A stretch of DNA of 64,000 nucleotides from Callorhinchus milii. Its lineage: Eukaryota. The position numbers and the translations under genes are program-made. Positions within the stretch are counted from its first letter, which is position 1; every line of letters begins with the position of its first letter. The stretch is from the NCBI RefSeq assembly GCF_018977255.1, contig NW_024704742.1, positions 86,616,001 to 86,680,000 on the forward strand, given 5' to 3'. Below the pieces are notes generated by a model. That model saw only the letters and a program-made list of their open reading frames with translations. It made no database searches and was not told where the DNA came from. Of the stretch, positions 51,450 to 64,000 are shown piece after piece.

Positions 51450-51635
51450 GAGACAATGATGGACCATCCTTTAAGAACCATTTCCTATATAGCAGATATT
51501 GGGAATATCGTTGTACTGATGGCTCGTCGTCGCATGCCTCGCTCCAATTCCCAAGAAAGTGTAGAAGCATCCCACCCTTCCCATGATGGGAAGAGGCAAT
51601 ACAAGATGATCTGCCATGTTTTTGAGTCTGAAGAT
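51450..51635 (+). CDS. APBA1: APBA1 coding exon 7 ([18 protein letters not shown]...[10 protein letters not shown])
   Basis: T-rich tract + ccag acceptor, 186 nt, donor GAT|gtacgt. PTB sequence. Confidence 0.97.
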
Positions 51636-52539
51636 GTACGTAGCAGTCTTATTTATTTTGTGTTTTTATTCCTGTTGTGAAGGAGCAAGGTGAATGAACT
51701 GTTGATCTCAAAACTAGTTTGTAAAACTACTCTTGATCTAAATGTTAACCTGTTATCGCATCAGAAGGAAAGGAGAAATCTATTTTAGTCCTGGAGAGGA
51801 TTTTGGAAATCATTGTGAAATGTAATTTCTTAGCCGAAGGTCCAGTGCGTGAGAGTGATTCTCTGTACGCAGTATAGTGAGACCCACAACCTTGTATGTG
51901 TTACATCATCTCAGGAGATAACAAGAGAGGTTCAGATGGCATAGCCCCCTTTTTTAAAAAAAGTACCTATCTGTTATTAACATTTACTTTAGGAATAACA
52001 TAGTGTTATAATTACTGTAAGATAAATATCACAACTGGGGCCTGGCTCCAGAAGAGGGTGTTTGCTGAGACTTGTCACTAAACCACGGGTTAATCTTTAT
52101 TTGACCTTAATATGTCATCATCACCCCATCCAGAATACCAAACTTACCATCTTACCCATTACTTCATCTAAAGGGTTCTTCGAGTCCAGCATCCTGGACT
52201 CCACCACCATTGTTAGAAACCATTTCTGGCTGTTAATCACTCTGTGTAACAAGGTTGCTGCCTGCCCTGATTACTGTGTATGGTGAGAGGATTACAAGCT
52301 AGCCTCCTAAGCAGAGACTATCACATTGGCACAAGGAGTCAGGGAAGAAGTGGGGGAAGTTAACTTTAAAGAATGATAATTTAATATTCAGAAGAGTTAA
52401 CTACAGTCAGATGAATTGTCGGAAGAATGCTGGCAGTGATGGATTTTTTTTAACCTCAAATGTAAGGATTGTCTGGTCCAGTGAGTGAAACACATTCTCT
52501 GGTCAGTGTAACATTAAACCATGCAAACCAGAGGGTGAC

Positions 52540-53200
52540 AGATTGAGCAACAGAAACCAGAGTGTGGTCAAAGGATCCCATTCAATCCCGTCTCCAGTGG
52601 GGTTTCACAGGGTTCCGTGTTGGGTGTCCTGTTTAACATTCATCAATGACATTGTTGTAGGCATAAACAGTACTATAGCCATGTCTGCCAATGACACTGA
52701 AATCAGTGACAAAGTAGGATCAAGAGTCAAGGGGTCCCATGATGAGCTGTTGTTCAGGTGTTTGGTTGGACAGAAAGCAAGGAGATGCCATTTGATGCAG
52801 GTAAATGTAATATAAAGATCCTCGTGGGGAGGCTTCTGCTTCAGGGGGTTTACCAGGAGAGAGAGTTGGGAGTGATCACTGATCACATTCCAAAACCCCA
52901 AACACTGTCAAGTGGCCTTTGTCCGGATGATTCATAGCGCAGACAATAGATCAAAAAAAAGGAGACTACTCTGACACTATACTGTGCTCTAGTGTGTCCC
53001 CACCTCTGAGAGCCATACCAGACACTCGAGAAGGTGCAGAGAAGGATCACCAAGATAATCCTCTAGATTATAGTAGAAGGTTTGAGGAATCGAGCCTATG
53101 AGAAGAGGAGACTTGGGGGGAGAAAATTTGTTGAGATCCTGCAAGGAATCATCGTAATGACAGATGACAAGATCTACTCCACATAGAGGTTGATGGGGAT
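52540..53200 (+). mobile_element. Degenerate CR1 reverse-transcriptase fragment
   Basis: ggggtttcacagggttccgtgttggg reads GVSQGSVLG (compare GVPQGSVLG); later LEKVQRRITK-like sequence; many frameshifts. Confidence 0.7.
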
Positions 53201-55601
53201 CTGGAACAGTCTCCCAAATAACACAGTATATGCAAAAAGCATTCACTGAATGTTTTTGTCTCATGTTTTTTACCTCCCCCAGGAGAGGACAGAGTAGTCA
53301 GGACCAGGAGTCCAATATAATTAAAATATTGAATGGGAGATAGAATGGGGGGAGTTCTTCCGGGAGTGGGCGCGGTGAGTTTTTGCCCACCCTTTAGTTT
53401 TTGCGCATCCATGTATGCTTGGCCTGCTCTGAGATAGGTTGTACAATATCAGCCAGGAAAGCAGTAGGAGTGTACAGTTTGCCCCAGGTCAGAGGCCCCT
53501 GGGTTTGGGATGGGAAAGTCAGCCATCGTCCCTCCCTCCTGCCCGAGGGTTGACTCAGCACGATCACACACTAGGTGTGTGCGTTTGGAAGGCAGGTGAA
53601 GGTGTGATAATTCCAATGGCTGAATAGTTTCATACACAGAGAAATGGCCACTTAGATGAGGTATTGAACAAACTACTCCCTAGAACTGTACAAGAGTTGG
53701 TGCGTGGAGGAGGGTAGACAATTTGAGAAGAAAATTTGAGTAAAACTCGATCATTAATTCTGCTCTTCAGAATACATCAGTATTGCCAGAGGGATGGGAG
53801 AGAAGGTAGAAAATGAGATTGGGAAGACAATTGTGTTCCTCGACTGAAGTAGCATTTCAGAGACTAGGGAGAGAGGATGGTTCACGGCTGGCTTCCCATC
53901 CAGATGTTCGTTGATTTGTGTATCGGGGTTCCCGGTCACTCAGACTTATCTGTTCTCTCTCAGCTCGGCTGCCACTGTACAGGTGAGGAGCCTTGGGACA
54001 TGGAAACGTCCCATCTCCAAAAAGAAGGAAAGGTAACATTCATGTCCTGTCTGACTGCTGCAAGTTCACTTCCCGTCAGATGGTCATTCAGTAGCGATAG
54101 GGAGAAATGTGGAGCAGAGACTTTGCGGGACCTCTGTTTCTGCCGCCTTAGTTCACCTTGAGGCTTCCAGGCAAAAATTCTTTTTTAAAAAATTCACGAG
54201 AGGCGAGTAGGAGAACTGTTTAATGGTGTGGAGGACTGGAGTGTGCAGGATGATGGGGATTGGTAAAAGTTGCATGTCAGAATTGATTAACTGCTTAGAC
54301 ATTCAAAAGGAAATCCGTTATCAAAAGGTCCCTCAAAGCTGTTGTGTTGTACAAATAATTTGGTTTAGAACCATGTTTGTTTATGAATGTTTTACTGTAG
54401 CCAACTAAGCAAACAAAAGTGTTGATTCTGTTGGACAGGTGCTAGCTAGCATTCAGTGACATCAAGTTCATGTGTATGTGAATGTAGCAATTGTTCAGTC
54501 ACTTGGGTGTCATCTGCAACATTTAATTATACAGCAAAGAGCGAGTTCAGAACGGGAGGAGGAGGAGATGTTGGACATGCTAACCACATCACATTTAATA
54601 CTAATAATACTAATACCCCTTACATTTGGTATATAAAGTGGTGACGTCTTGAAGCGTTTCAAAGCTAATTGCTTTGCTGTTGTTAGTCATTTGTAAAATA
54701 TAAAATTTTTTGTTGGGGTGGGGATAATTAAATCTGTTGAGACATGCAGAGGCATTTCTGTATTATAATGAGTATTTATGCAATGTTTTAAGACAGGTTA
54801 AAAAAAAGTATTTTTTGAAAAAATGTAATCATCAAAATATGCAATAGACCCGAACTCCCAGGTCTCTGTTCAAAGAATGTGGTGCGGGGAACGATTGATT
54901 GCGTTCTGAGCAACGTTTACCCGCAGAATAAATATTTGTTTCCAATTCTGCTTTCTTTGAAATCACCCCTTTTCATCTTTCACTGCTTGCTGAGGATAAT
55001 TGCCAGTCCCAGTGGGCTTTCCTTGTTCAATTTGCCAACCTTAGAGTTGGTGTTGCTTGAACACATAGCGCGTTTGTTTGAGGCTGCACACAGTTAATGG
55101 TTTCCATAGCACCAGGGCTACTTTTTAGAAATAGCTGCTCCTTTTGGTTCCATTTCCTTGCATTTGTTTGTGTGCATATATGTCTGTGCGTGTGTTTTTC
55201 AAAAAAAAAAAATTTTGATTTAAAAAATACAACCCACAAATCACACGCCAAATTATAAATAAAGCATATAACTCGGGAATTTAAAGTCTTTGCAACAAAA
55301 TGGTTTCAAGGCAGGCACTGAACGCTATACTCTGAGTCTGTTGTTGATTGTCAGATTCCAGTAAGAGGTTCCCTGAAACACAGCACTATTTTGAAGACGT
55401 GCAGAAGAGAAGCCATGGTACTTGTAAAAACAAATTAAAAGAGGATTTTACTGCTGTTTTTTTCTTCTTCTCAATGTAACAGAAACCAATTGTATGAAAT
55501 AATTAGGTCTTTGGCCATTTTAATTCTGCTTTGGTAAAATTATTTCAAATTGTTTTGTCCATGGCTGATTTTTCTTCCTCTCCTCCCTTCCCCTCCTGCA
55601 G

Positions 55602-55781
55602 GCACAATTAATAGCTCAGTCTATCGGACAAGCATTCAGCGTCGCTTACCAGGAGTTTTTGAGGGCGAACGGCATTAATCCTGAAGACTTGAGCCAGAAG
55701 GAATACAGTGATCTCCTTAACACCCAGGACATGTACAACGATGACCTGATCCACTTTTCCAAATCGGAAAACTGCAAAGAA
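55602..55781 (+). CDS. APBA1: APBA1 coding exon 8 ([19 protein letters not shown]...[10 protein letters not shown]): PTB C-terminal helix and linker
   Basis: Long pyrimidine tract + gcag, 180 nt, donor GAA|gtacgt. Confidence 0.97.
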
Positions 55782-56685
55782 GTACGTGTGGCCGGAGGGT
55801 TTCTGTCTCCATGAATGAAACAAACACTTTGATCTTTTTATTGTGGAAATGTGAGGTGTGATTGGACGAAATTGTTAGTTTGCAAATCTCGCTGATGTTA
55901 GCAGTTTCTACTGCCATTTGAAAAAGGAGCTTTTTACACCTGTTCATTGGGGTGGTGAAGAGCTAGCATCCCTGACCGCTCTGCCCAAATGCCCCCTTCT
56001 GTTTACCAGAGAAAGGAGTGACATTATCATCTAATGTGCAGACTTGGAAGCCAGGTAGCACCTATGTTCTTCCTTCCTGCCTTAGCCTGTGTAGGAAACT
56101 GGCAACCAACCACCCACCTGAGGAGTCTGCCTGTCCCCTTCGATCAGCTAACACAAGCTCTCTGTGCCACCATTGGTGGGTGTGCCTTAAGTCACTATGC
56201 CCCTAATCTCTGGAATTCCCGGTTCAATCCCTGTGCCTTGCCCCAGGAGTGGACAGGTGAGGGACGGATGGACAGGTGTTGGAGAGGTGAGGGGGAGACA
56301 GGAGAGGCAGGTGAGATGCAGGAGAGGCAGATAGATGCAGTATGGGGGCAGGAGAGGAGAGACTCGGGTAGAGAAGTTCAGCGGGATCAGGAGAGCAGTG
56401 GAGGAGAGAAAGCGATACCTTTGGGATCATGGTGATTTTGTGCCCACCATTCCCATAGATACTGAGCAGTTGGATTGGGCGCACAATAGAAGAGGTTTTA
56501 TATTGTGTGGAAGGAGCAGACTTGATGGTCAGAATGGCTTTTTTGTCAATGCTTTTAAACTTGTTTATGACAAAGTGGGTAATCTGTCACAACAAAGGGA
56601 ATAATACATTACAAAATAATACTGATGCAATTTGCTTTATGGATATTTCCTTGTGCTCTGATCTGCGTTGTGCTCATCTCGGTAG

Positions 56686-56898
56686 GTTTACGTTGAGAAG
56701 CAGAAGGGTGAGATCCTGGGTGTGGTGATCGTGGAGTCTGGATGGGGCTCCATCCTCCCAACTGTGATCATAGCAAACATGATGCACGCAGGTCCTGCAG
56801 AGAAGTCTGGAAAATTGAACATCGGGGACCAGATCATGTCTATTAATGGCACCAGCCTTGTGGGGCTGCCATTATCCACCTGCCAAAGCATTATCAAG
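56686..56898 (+). CDS. APBA1: APBA1 coding exon 9, PDZ1 ([26 protein letters not shown]...CQSIIK)
   Basis: ggtag acceptor, 213 nt, donor AAG|gtacat. Mint PDZ1 sequence. Confidence 0.97.
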
Positions 56899-58032
56899 GT
56901 ACATCACTGCTTTATTCACCACAGTACTCAGTGGTCATGATTAGCACATCTCAATACTTCAGATAACCTTGGATTTATTTGAATGCAGTCATGTTACCAA
57001 ATGCAGACTTGGTCAGATGTGGTTTGAGTTGGAACGCAACAACAACAACAAATTGCATTTATATAGCACCTTTCAAGTCGGGAGGACGTCCCAAAGCGCT
57101 GAATATTAAGGGGTTTACACCCAAGCGTGGGTTGGGATCAGGAGGGCTGAGGTGGTAGGGGTAGGAAGGTGACTGAAGGCAGTTGAAGAGAAGAGTCTTG
57201 AGACGGGCCTTGAAGGAAGCAAGGGAGTGGGAGGAGCTCTGGAATGAGGCTGAAGGCCTGACCGCCTATAGTGGAACAGGTATGGCGGGGGCTGTGGCCA
57301 GTGCCTGCAGAGCGGTGAGAGCAGACAGGTTGGTGAAGTTTTAATAGATCGCAGAGCAAGATCATGGAGGGTTTTAAGGTGAGGACCAGAATCTATATAC
57401 AGGTAAACACTTGCATTGAATACAGTTAAGTGCCTCTAAAAGCAATTATCATCATTCTTCCATTTGTGGACACCTTGTACTTTGTGTTAGACACTGAAAT
57501 TTGTAGCAATTTCACATTTTGGAATGACTGAAAGGAACAACCAGTAAAGACAGAAGTAAGCAAAGGAATTGGGGCTCAGCAAGTGTGAAGGCACAGGACA
57601 AGGTTAGTGGAGATGTGAGATGGGCATAGGGTCAGTGTAAGCAAATGGTGAGGTCAACAACATGGTGCAGCAATAAGGCTTGGAAACGTAGTGATTACAA
57701 TTAGCTGGTTAGATGGGAGGAAGATTAACCATGATGTTGAGCTGGATTTTATTCTGGTCAGCCAGGTGTCTGACCACTCCAGAAACCTGTCAGCATTATT
57801 AAGAGCATCTAAATCAGACTGAGAGTTCCACCGAGCTGAACAATTGATTAACTACATCTGAGGTTCATAAACATGGTCAGGAATCTAAGCGGAATCTACG
57901 TCATGCATATTCCCACTGCCAGCACTATCCCAGAACATAGAACCATAGAAATTTACAGAACAGAACCATATTCAGCTCATCATATCTGTGCTGGCTCCTT
58001 TAAGAGCAATCCTTTCATTTACCTGCCCTTTG

Positions 58033-58346
58033 TGGAGTCCTGTAGCTCAGTGGTTAGAGCACTCGCTTTGCAAGTGAGAGACCTGAGTTCAATTCCAGGC
58101 AGGGAGAAACCTTGGGCAAGTTTCCTTACTCCACACGCCTAATAATAATCCCTCCAAAAACCCAAAACAATAATAAATTGGTCATTTTCAATCTACGACT
58201 GTTTGTGGGACATTGCTGTGCGCAATTGGCTGCCGCGTTCGCCCACAAATATACAGTCAATTCACTTTACAGTGTGTTCTGTGAAGCGCTTTGGGACGTC
58301 CTCCCGATGTGAAAAGCGCTATATCAAATGCAAAGATTAAGATTAA
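58033..58346 (+). mobile_element. Full-length tRNA-derived SINE (short variant) nested in a CR1 3' fragment
   Basis: TAGCTCAGTGG A box, GAGTTCAATTCC B box, anticodon-like arm CTCGC-TTTGCAA-GTGAG. CR1-like sequence on both sides (about 57935-58030 and 58350-58600). Confidence 0.88.
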
Positions 58347-58879
58347 GTTTTCCTCATACTTCGCGGTTTACTCCTTTTTAAGGTATTTCTAGTCCCGTCT
58401 TGAAAACTAATATGGATCCTGCTTCAACTCCTGCTTCTGGCAGAGCATTCCATATCTTAATTTCTCTATGTGTGAAAATATGTTCTCCTAACCTCCCCAT
58501 TTGCTAATTTATTATCTAAAATCAATGCCCTCTAGTTACTGACTCACCGACCAGTGGAAACAGTTTCTCCCTATTAATTTTATCAAAACCCCTCATAATT
58601 TCTATCTCATAATTTCTAATATAGTTGCCCCTCTCTATCAGGTCACCATTCTGTGAATGTTAAATAGATGTCACCTGGTTATCATTGGGAATAAACATAT
58701 GCATAATACAGCAGGCAGATAAAGAAAGAAATGTTTAGGCTTATGTGGACACAACTTAGCATCTGTGAGATTCAGAAACTCAGAACACATACACGTGGGC
58801 ACACACACAGAAATGAAAGCCCCAGTCTATAGATCTGTGTTGCGATGTTTTCTGATCTCCTGCTTGTTTTTCTTTCCAG

Positions 58880-58999
58880 GGGTTGAAAAACCAGTCTCGG
58901 GTGAAGCTGAACATAGTGCGGTGTCCCCCTGTCACCACAGTGCTGATCAGAAGACCTGACCTGCGGTATCAGCTGGGCTTCAGCGTGCAGAATGGCATT
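58880..58999 (+). CDS. APBA1: APBA1 coding exon 10, end of PDZ1 and start of PDZ2 ([18 protein letters not shown]...LGFSVQNGI); gene continues beyond the window
   Basis: tttccag acceptor, 120 nt, donor ATT|gtgagt. The expected next exon (ICSLMRGG...) was not seen before 64000. Confidence 0.97.
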
Positions 59000-59934
59000 G
59001 TGAGTACTACTCTGGGGGTGCCTCACACAGTCACACTTCCAGTGTTTGTTTCCTCCTCTTGGCACAAAAACTCGTCTCCATGACATTTGCCTTCATTTGT
59101 GGTGCGAGTTGTTATCCAACAAATGTTAGCAGAGGTCGTTTAGAGACCAGTACCTTTTGTTTGCAGTTGAATTCGTTAGTGTCACTTGATTAAATGGGAG
59201 CATTAAATGCTGGAAAGTGCTTTCACTTGGTGCATCCAAAAAGTAATAATAATACATTGGTCACTCAATCCACGACAGTCCATTCACTTTATAGTACATT
59301 CTGTGAAGCGCTTTGAGACGTCTGGAAGACGTGATAAGGCGCTATATCAAATGCAAAGATTATTATTATCACGTTTCTCTCCCACTCTTCCTTACCCCCC
59401 CACCCCTCCCACCCAGCAGTATTGTGCACATACATGTGCGTTTCAGATAGAAGGAAAACATTTAATGAAATAATATCTTGCACTTAACTGGGTAAGTCTT
59501 GCATATTAGGTTGAAATTGGGAGTAGTTGACAACAGAAGTAGTCAGGTCTCTAATACCATCAGTACTGACATGCATTCACCTCACTCAAGTACAGAGCGA
59601 AGCCTGCGGTTACAGAATCAGTCAGCACCAGTCCGGCCTTGTATTAGCCGCTGTCAGTCGTACAGTGAGAGAAGCTCATACAAGCTTCGTATTGTACAGA
59701 AAATCTTCACAATCCTTAGTCCAGTGATACCACCAGAAGGCAGCAGTGCCTTGGTCTGCCCTTTAGTCAACAAGGCTTTGTTTTTTTCCTCGTCTGATGA
59801 TTTTCATTTTATTTTTTGTCTAAATGAAGAGGAGGAAATGTAGAAAACAATTTTTTTTTAGCAAAAGGATGATGGATGTGGAGCTAACTCCCAAGTGTGG
59901 TGGACAAGAAAGTATGAACAGCTTCAAAAAGAAG

Positions 59935-60240
59935 CTATCAAAAAAGCTAATGGAATCATAGGTGTTCTAATAGAATATAAAAGCAAAAGAGGTCATGCCA
60001 AACTTATATAAATTGATATGTAGACCTAAGTTACAATACTGTGTCCAGTATTGGTTCCTGCACTTTAGGAAAGATGTCAAGTTGATAGAGGAGGTGGAAA
60101 GGAGATTTACTAGGATGATATCAGGAATGAGTGGATTGGCTTATGAGCAGACAGGAGGAACTAGTACTTTTTTTCACTGGAACAAAGAAGGTTGAGGGGT
60201 GACCTGCTCGAGGTGTTTAAAAATATGAGGGTTTTGATAG
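59935..60240 (+). mobile_element. CR1 ORF2 C-terminal fragment
   Basis: LYKLICRPKLQYCVQYWFLHFRKDVKLIEEVERRFTRMISG resembles CR1 LYKxLVRPHLEYCVQFW. Confidence 0.85.
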
Positions 60241-60247
60241 AGTCAAT

Positions 60248-60385
60248 AGTGGGAATGAGATGGGACGGGTAGATGATGGGACTGGGACAGAAAGATGGTG
60301 GGAATGGGACGAGTAGATTGAGGAAATAGGATGAGTAGATAGTCGGGAATGGGACAGGAACATGGTAGGGAATGGGACAGGTAGT
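60248..60385. repeat. Purine-rich minisatellite (GGGAATGGGACAGGTAGATGGT-like)
   Basis: About six imperfect units directly after the CR1 fragment. Confidence 0.65.
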
Positions 60386-61609
60386 GCATTTGCCCAGATC
60401 CACTCATGTCTGAAATGTTGCTATGCTAGCATCTGATAAAATGTTTCAGGATCCTGATTTGAACACTAAGGAGGCTTGTGTGGTTTATGCTAACACTGAG
60501 CATTGGAGTTTTTTGAATGAGTAAAGTGAGCAGTATTTAAAGCCACGCTGGTAATCTTGGACCGAGACTTGTCTTTGTGCTAATTGTAAAACAATGCCTG
60601 ATGAGAGCCACTTATTTGTTTAAAATCTAATGAGGTCTTTAAATCACTGCAGTCACAGTGGAACGTTAATAGCTGAATATATATTTACTGAGAGGACTTC
60701 CACCTCCCCTAGTATCAAAAGGACCTGCAAGGCTGGGAGAGGTTGTTCTAAGTCTAGATAAATAAAAATGCAAGTACAAATTTACACTCATATTGCGACT
60801 TTCACGTCCACTAATTTGCCTGTATTGAAACCCATCATGGTTCATATATCCATATTGAAACAGCAAATCTAGTGTTAATTTTATGGTGGAAATGGTGTTA
60901 ATTTTATTCAAAAACAAAAATCCCAAACTTAGTTTGTACGTTATCGAGGCAGCACATCACTTTTTATAGACTTTCAAATGGGATGTACAGAAGGCTGAGT
61001 GCAAAAGGAAGCCAATCTCCAATGTGAGGAGAGTACTGAATGCCATTTAAATACAGCATTTAGGTAACTAAAATGATCGGTGAGGAGCTTCAGGGATACT
61101 GGTATTTGGTGCTTTAGGAAAGAGTGTAGGACATGGCTTTGTCGCTGTAAGTAACTCTCCTCAAGCACCAGGTTTGAGCTATGCCATCGTGCCAAAGCGT
61201 TCTGGGACGCTACCCTGTGTGGGGGACTCTATATAATATGTATATATATATATATATGCAAGTTGTTGTTGAGTAGGTCATTAGCTGGGCCAATAGAAAA
61301 ATGCAGAAATATTTGTCCAAAATTGCGGGGTGATTTGCGAGTTCTGCGGGGTTTGCAAGTTTTGCAGAAAATAGCGGGATGTTGATTGGGGCTACTGAGA
61401 TACGTTTTACTGCCAACCTACATTTCTTCACTTTATTGATAGAACTAAACATAAGGAAATAACACATATTAGATTGTTGCAAAAAAATATTAATTACTTC
61501 TTTAACATAAACTGGCTGGTCCTTTTTGGAGGGGGGCGGGGGGAACACCAGCGAGGCTACAGGAGCTCACCACCTCTTACCTCTCAGGGACAGCACCACC
61601 CAGAGACCC

Positions 61610-61670
61610 AGAGAGACACACACACCCAGAGAGAGACACACACACACACACATACACACCACACACACAA
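61610..61670. repeat. (CA)n/(GA)n microsatellite
   Basis: Directly visible. A (TA)n run also lies at about 61229-61257. Confidence 0.85.
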
Positions 61671-61972
61671 ACAGTCATGAAGTGAATGACCAATTTTATC
61701 TGGGGGATTGCTGCCCTGTACACCGGGAGAAACTCCCTTCTCTTTTCAAGTAGTGCGATGGGATCTTCAACGTTCACCCGAATGTAACACAGCACAGACG
61801 GAATCTTGGTTTAATATCTCATCTGAAGGATGGCACTTCCAACAATGTAGCACATCCCCAACACTGTATTTGAGTGTCAACCTAGACTGTGAGTTTAAAA
61901 TCCAGACGTGTGACTGGAACCCACAACCTTCTGACACAGAGGCAAGAGTGCTACCCAATGAGCTTGGCTGAC
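61665..61972 (-). mobile_element. Deu-domain-type SINE (SacSINE1/AmnSINE1-like), partial
   Basis: Reverse complement has a tRNA-like head followed by CTTCAGATGAGATATTAAACC...GATCCCATCGCACTACTTGAAAAGAGAAGGGAGTT, resembling the recalled Deu core. Related copies at about 9040-9270, 10340-10630, 15935-16265, 18588-18878, 24575-24785. Confidence 0.65.
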
Positions 61973-62770
61973 ACTTGGTATACAAAGCATATAACTACAG
62001 TAATGGTTATACTGCAGTTTATATCAGAGAGTCACGATCCCTCACTCAATACAGTTTATCTCATTTGATATACCTCAACTAGGGCACAGGGTTGTCCTGC
62101 ACAGTGGTCCGAGATGCTATCCTGCATGAAGGGCCCTATATAAATGCAAATTGTTGTCAAATTACCTTGAGAAGAAGATATTTTACTAGCAACAGAAGCA
62201 AAAACACATTACCAATGGCACAGTTTATATTTTGCAATGTGTGGGAGTTACAAGGATATGCACTGCTTTTTCCCTCGCCACAAAGTCACTTGGAAAATAT
62301 TCTATCACTGTTTGGCAAAGTGGAACGAGATTTAATGCTGCACTATATTCCGAGATGAGGTACATCATGAACATTTATGTCATAAGCCAGCATGGTGCAA
62401 CCTGCTGTGACTGTGCATCTATAAGAAATAGCTACACACATTCAATTCAGACTCACAATAGTAGTGAACTCCAGTGAAGTACTAACACATAAGAGAGATC
62501 TCGAGGGTAGAAGGGACAGATTGAGGTTGCTTGTTCATACCTCCCAGCAACATTGTCTTCAGCCTGGGAACGAGGCACTTATTTATACCCACTCAGTCGA
62601 GAGATTGTACATGACTCATGGAGAACCTAAAGAGGTGAGATACATAACTTGTAAACATTTCTTTACACAAAGGGCTATGAGAATGTGGAAAACACTGAAT
62701 CAGAATGCAGGAGATGTAGAATTCTTTGGGTGTTTAAAGGGAGATAAATAGAAGGGAAGCCAATTGATAT

Positions 62771-63420
62771 ACAACAACAACAACTTGGATTTATATATCG
62801 TCCTCCATGCCGGACGGCGTCTCAGAGCGCTTCACAATAACGGATCCCGGGGCTGAGCCAGGGGGAGGGGGAGGAAGGTGACCTGAAGCCGAGACCTGAA
62901 AATAGGAAGAGAGGGGGCGAGAAAGGGAGTTCCAGAGCCTCGGGGAGTAGTGGCTGAAGGCGGAGGACTCGAGGGACAAGGAGGAGGCCAGTCCCGGTGG
63001 AAAGCAGGCAACGGGCACTGTTGTGAGGAGAGAGGAGGTCAGAGGTGCAGAGGAGAGGAAGGATTTGAAGACAAGGGTGAGGATCTTGAAGTCGAATCTC
63101 TCCGGGACAGGCAGCCAGTGCAGTCTGGCAAGGACTGGGGTAATCGGGGAGCGGAGTTTGGTGCGGATAAGAATGCAGGCGGCAGAGTTTTGTATGACCT
63201 GGATTTTACAGATGGTAGTGGAGGGGAGACCGGCGAGGGAGGGCATTTGAATAGTCCAGCCGAGAGGTGACAAAGGCATGGATCAGGGTTTCAGCGGCTT
63301 TTGGAGTGAGGTATTGGCGGAGACGGGTGATGCGACGGAAGTGCAAGAAAGCGGTGCTGGTGAGGGACCGGATGTGGGGGAGGAAGGATAATTGGGGTTC
63401 GAACCTGACGCCTAGGTTGC
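62771..63420 (-). mobile_element. L2 LINE 3' fragment
   Basis: Minus ORF LAGLPSTTICKIQVIQNSAACIL...PITPVLARLHWLPVPERFDFKILTLVFKS; (CAA)n tail on +. Shorter tails at about 36267-36440, 44005-44130, 46588-46785, 57038-57390. Confidence 0.9.
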
Positions 63421-64000
63421 ATACGGGATACAGAGAAAGTCAGAGAAATAGGATTAAATGATTTGACACAATTTTAAAAAATGAGAGGGTTTGTTGAGCT
63501 CAATGGCCAAATCGTCTTTCTATATTTATAAAAATATAAAGCAAGCCTTTCGAAATTACTTCACTGCTTACCTCACATTGACTCCAAAAACAATTTGCTT
63601 TGAACACTTCTGGCATTGGAGACGTCTTGCAGATTGATGTGTTTTGATGTCATTTGAATAAATTGAGCAGCTGGTCTCCTGTCAGTCTTGGTGAAACCAG
63701 CAGCACGCTGACATCACCATAGATCAGGTAGCAAGTAACCTAAGAAGCCACTGCCTGAGTTGCATCATCTTCATTTATAATGTCTCAAAATTGGTTAAAT
63801 ATATGAAAGAAACAATACAAAAGATTATTGGGAAAGAACAGGGAATTGGGATTAGCTCCAATGGAGAAGCTGGCATGGAATGGCTTCCTATGCTGCAATG
63901 TCTATGATTTTATGAAATTAATCATTGCTCCTGAAAGGATTTTTTTATTATTTAAACCCATTACCAATAATCTGTGGTGCACTGCAACATTTAGTACTAA

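Noticed and set aside
58033..58105. tRNA-Ala-like gene (also at other SINE heads)
   Set aside because: Acceptor stem is incomplete and the sequence runs straight into a SINE body repeated many times.

Overview
This is vertebrate genomic DNA. The CR1/L2 LINEs, Deu-type SINEs and tRNA-derived SINEs point to a cartilaginous fish, possibly a chimaera (inference). The window lies inside a single + strand gene, APBA1 (Mint1/X11-alpha). Ten coding exons (16716-58999) splice in frame at GT-AG junctions to give 762 codons: an acidic N-terminus with Munc18- and CASK-binding motifs, the PTB domain (including a 33-nt microexon), PDZ1 and the start of PDZ2. The non-coding first exon and the last coding exons are not visible and presumably lie outside the window. 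The introns are full of SINE, L2 and CR1 fragments plus small MITE-like elements. I found no wholly new gene system. The best leads are a candidate pair of 17+19-nt microexons that restore frame only together, an identical 202-bp local copy inserted into a SINE, and several retroelement-derived fold-back hairpins. Repeat boundaries are approximate and were read by eye. Homology calls come from recalled sequences, not from searches.
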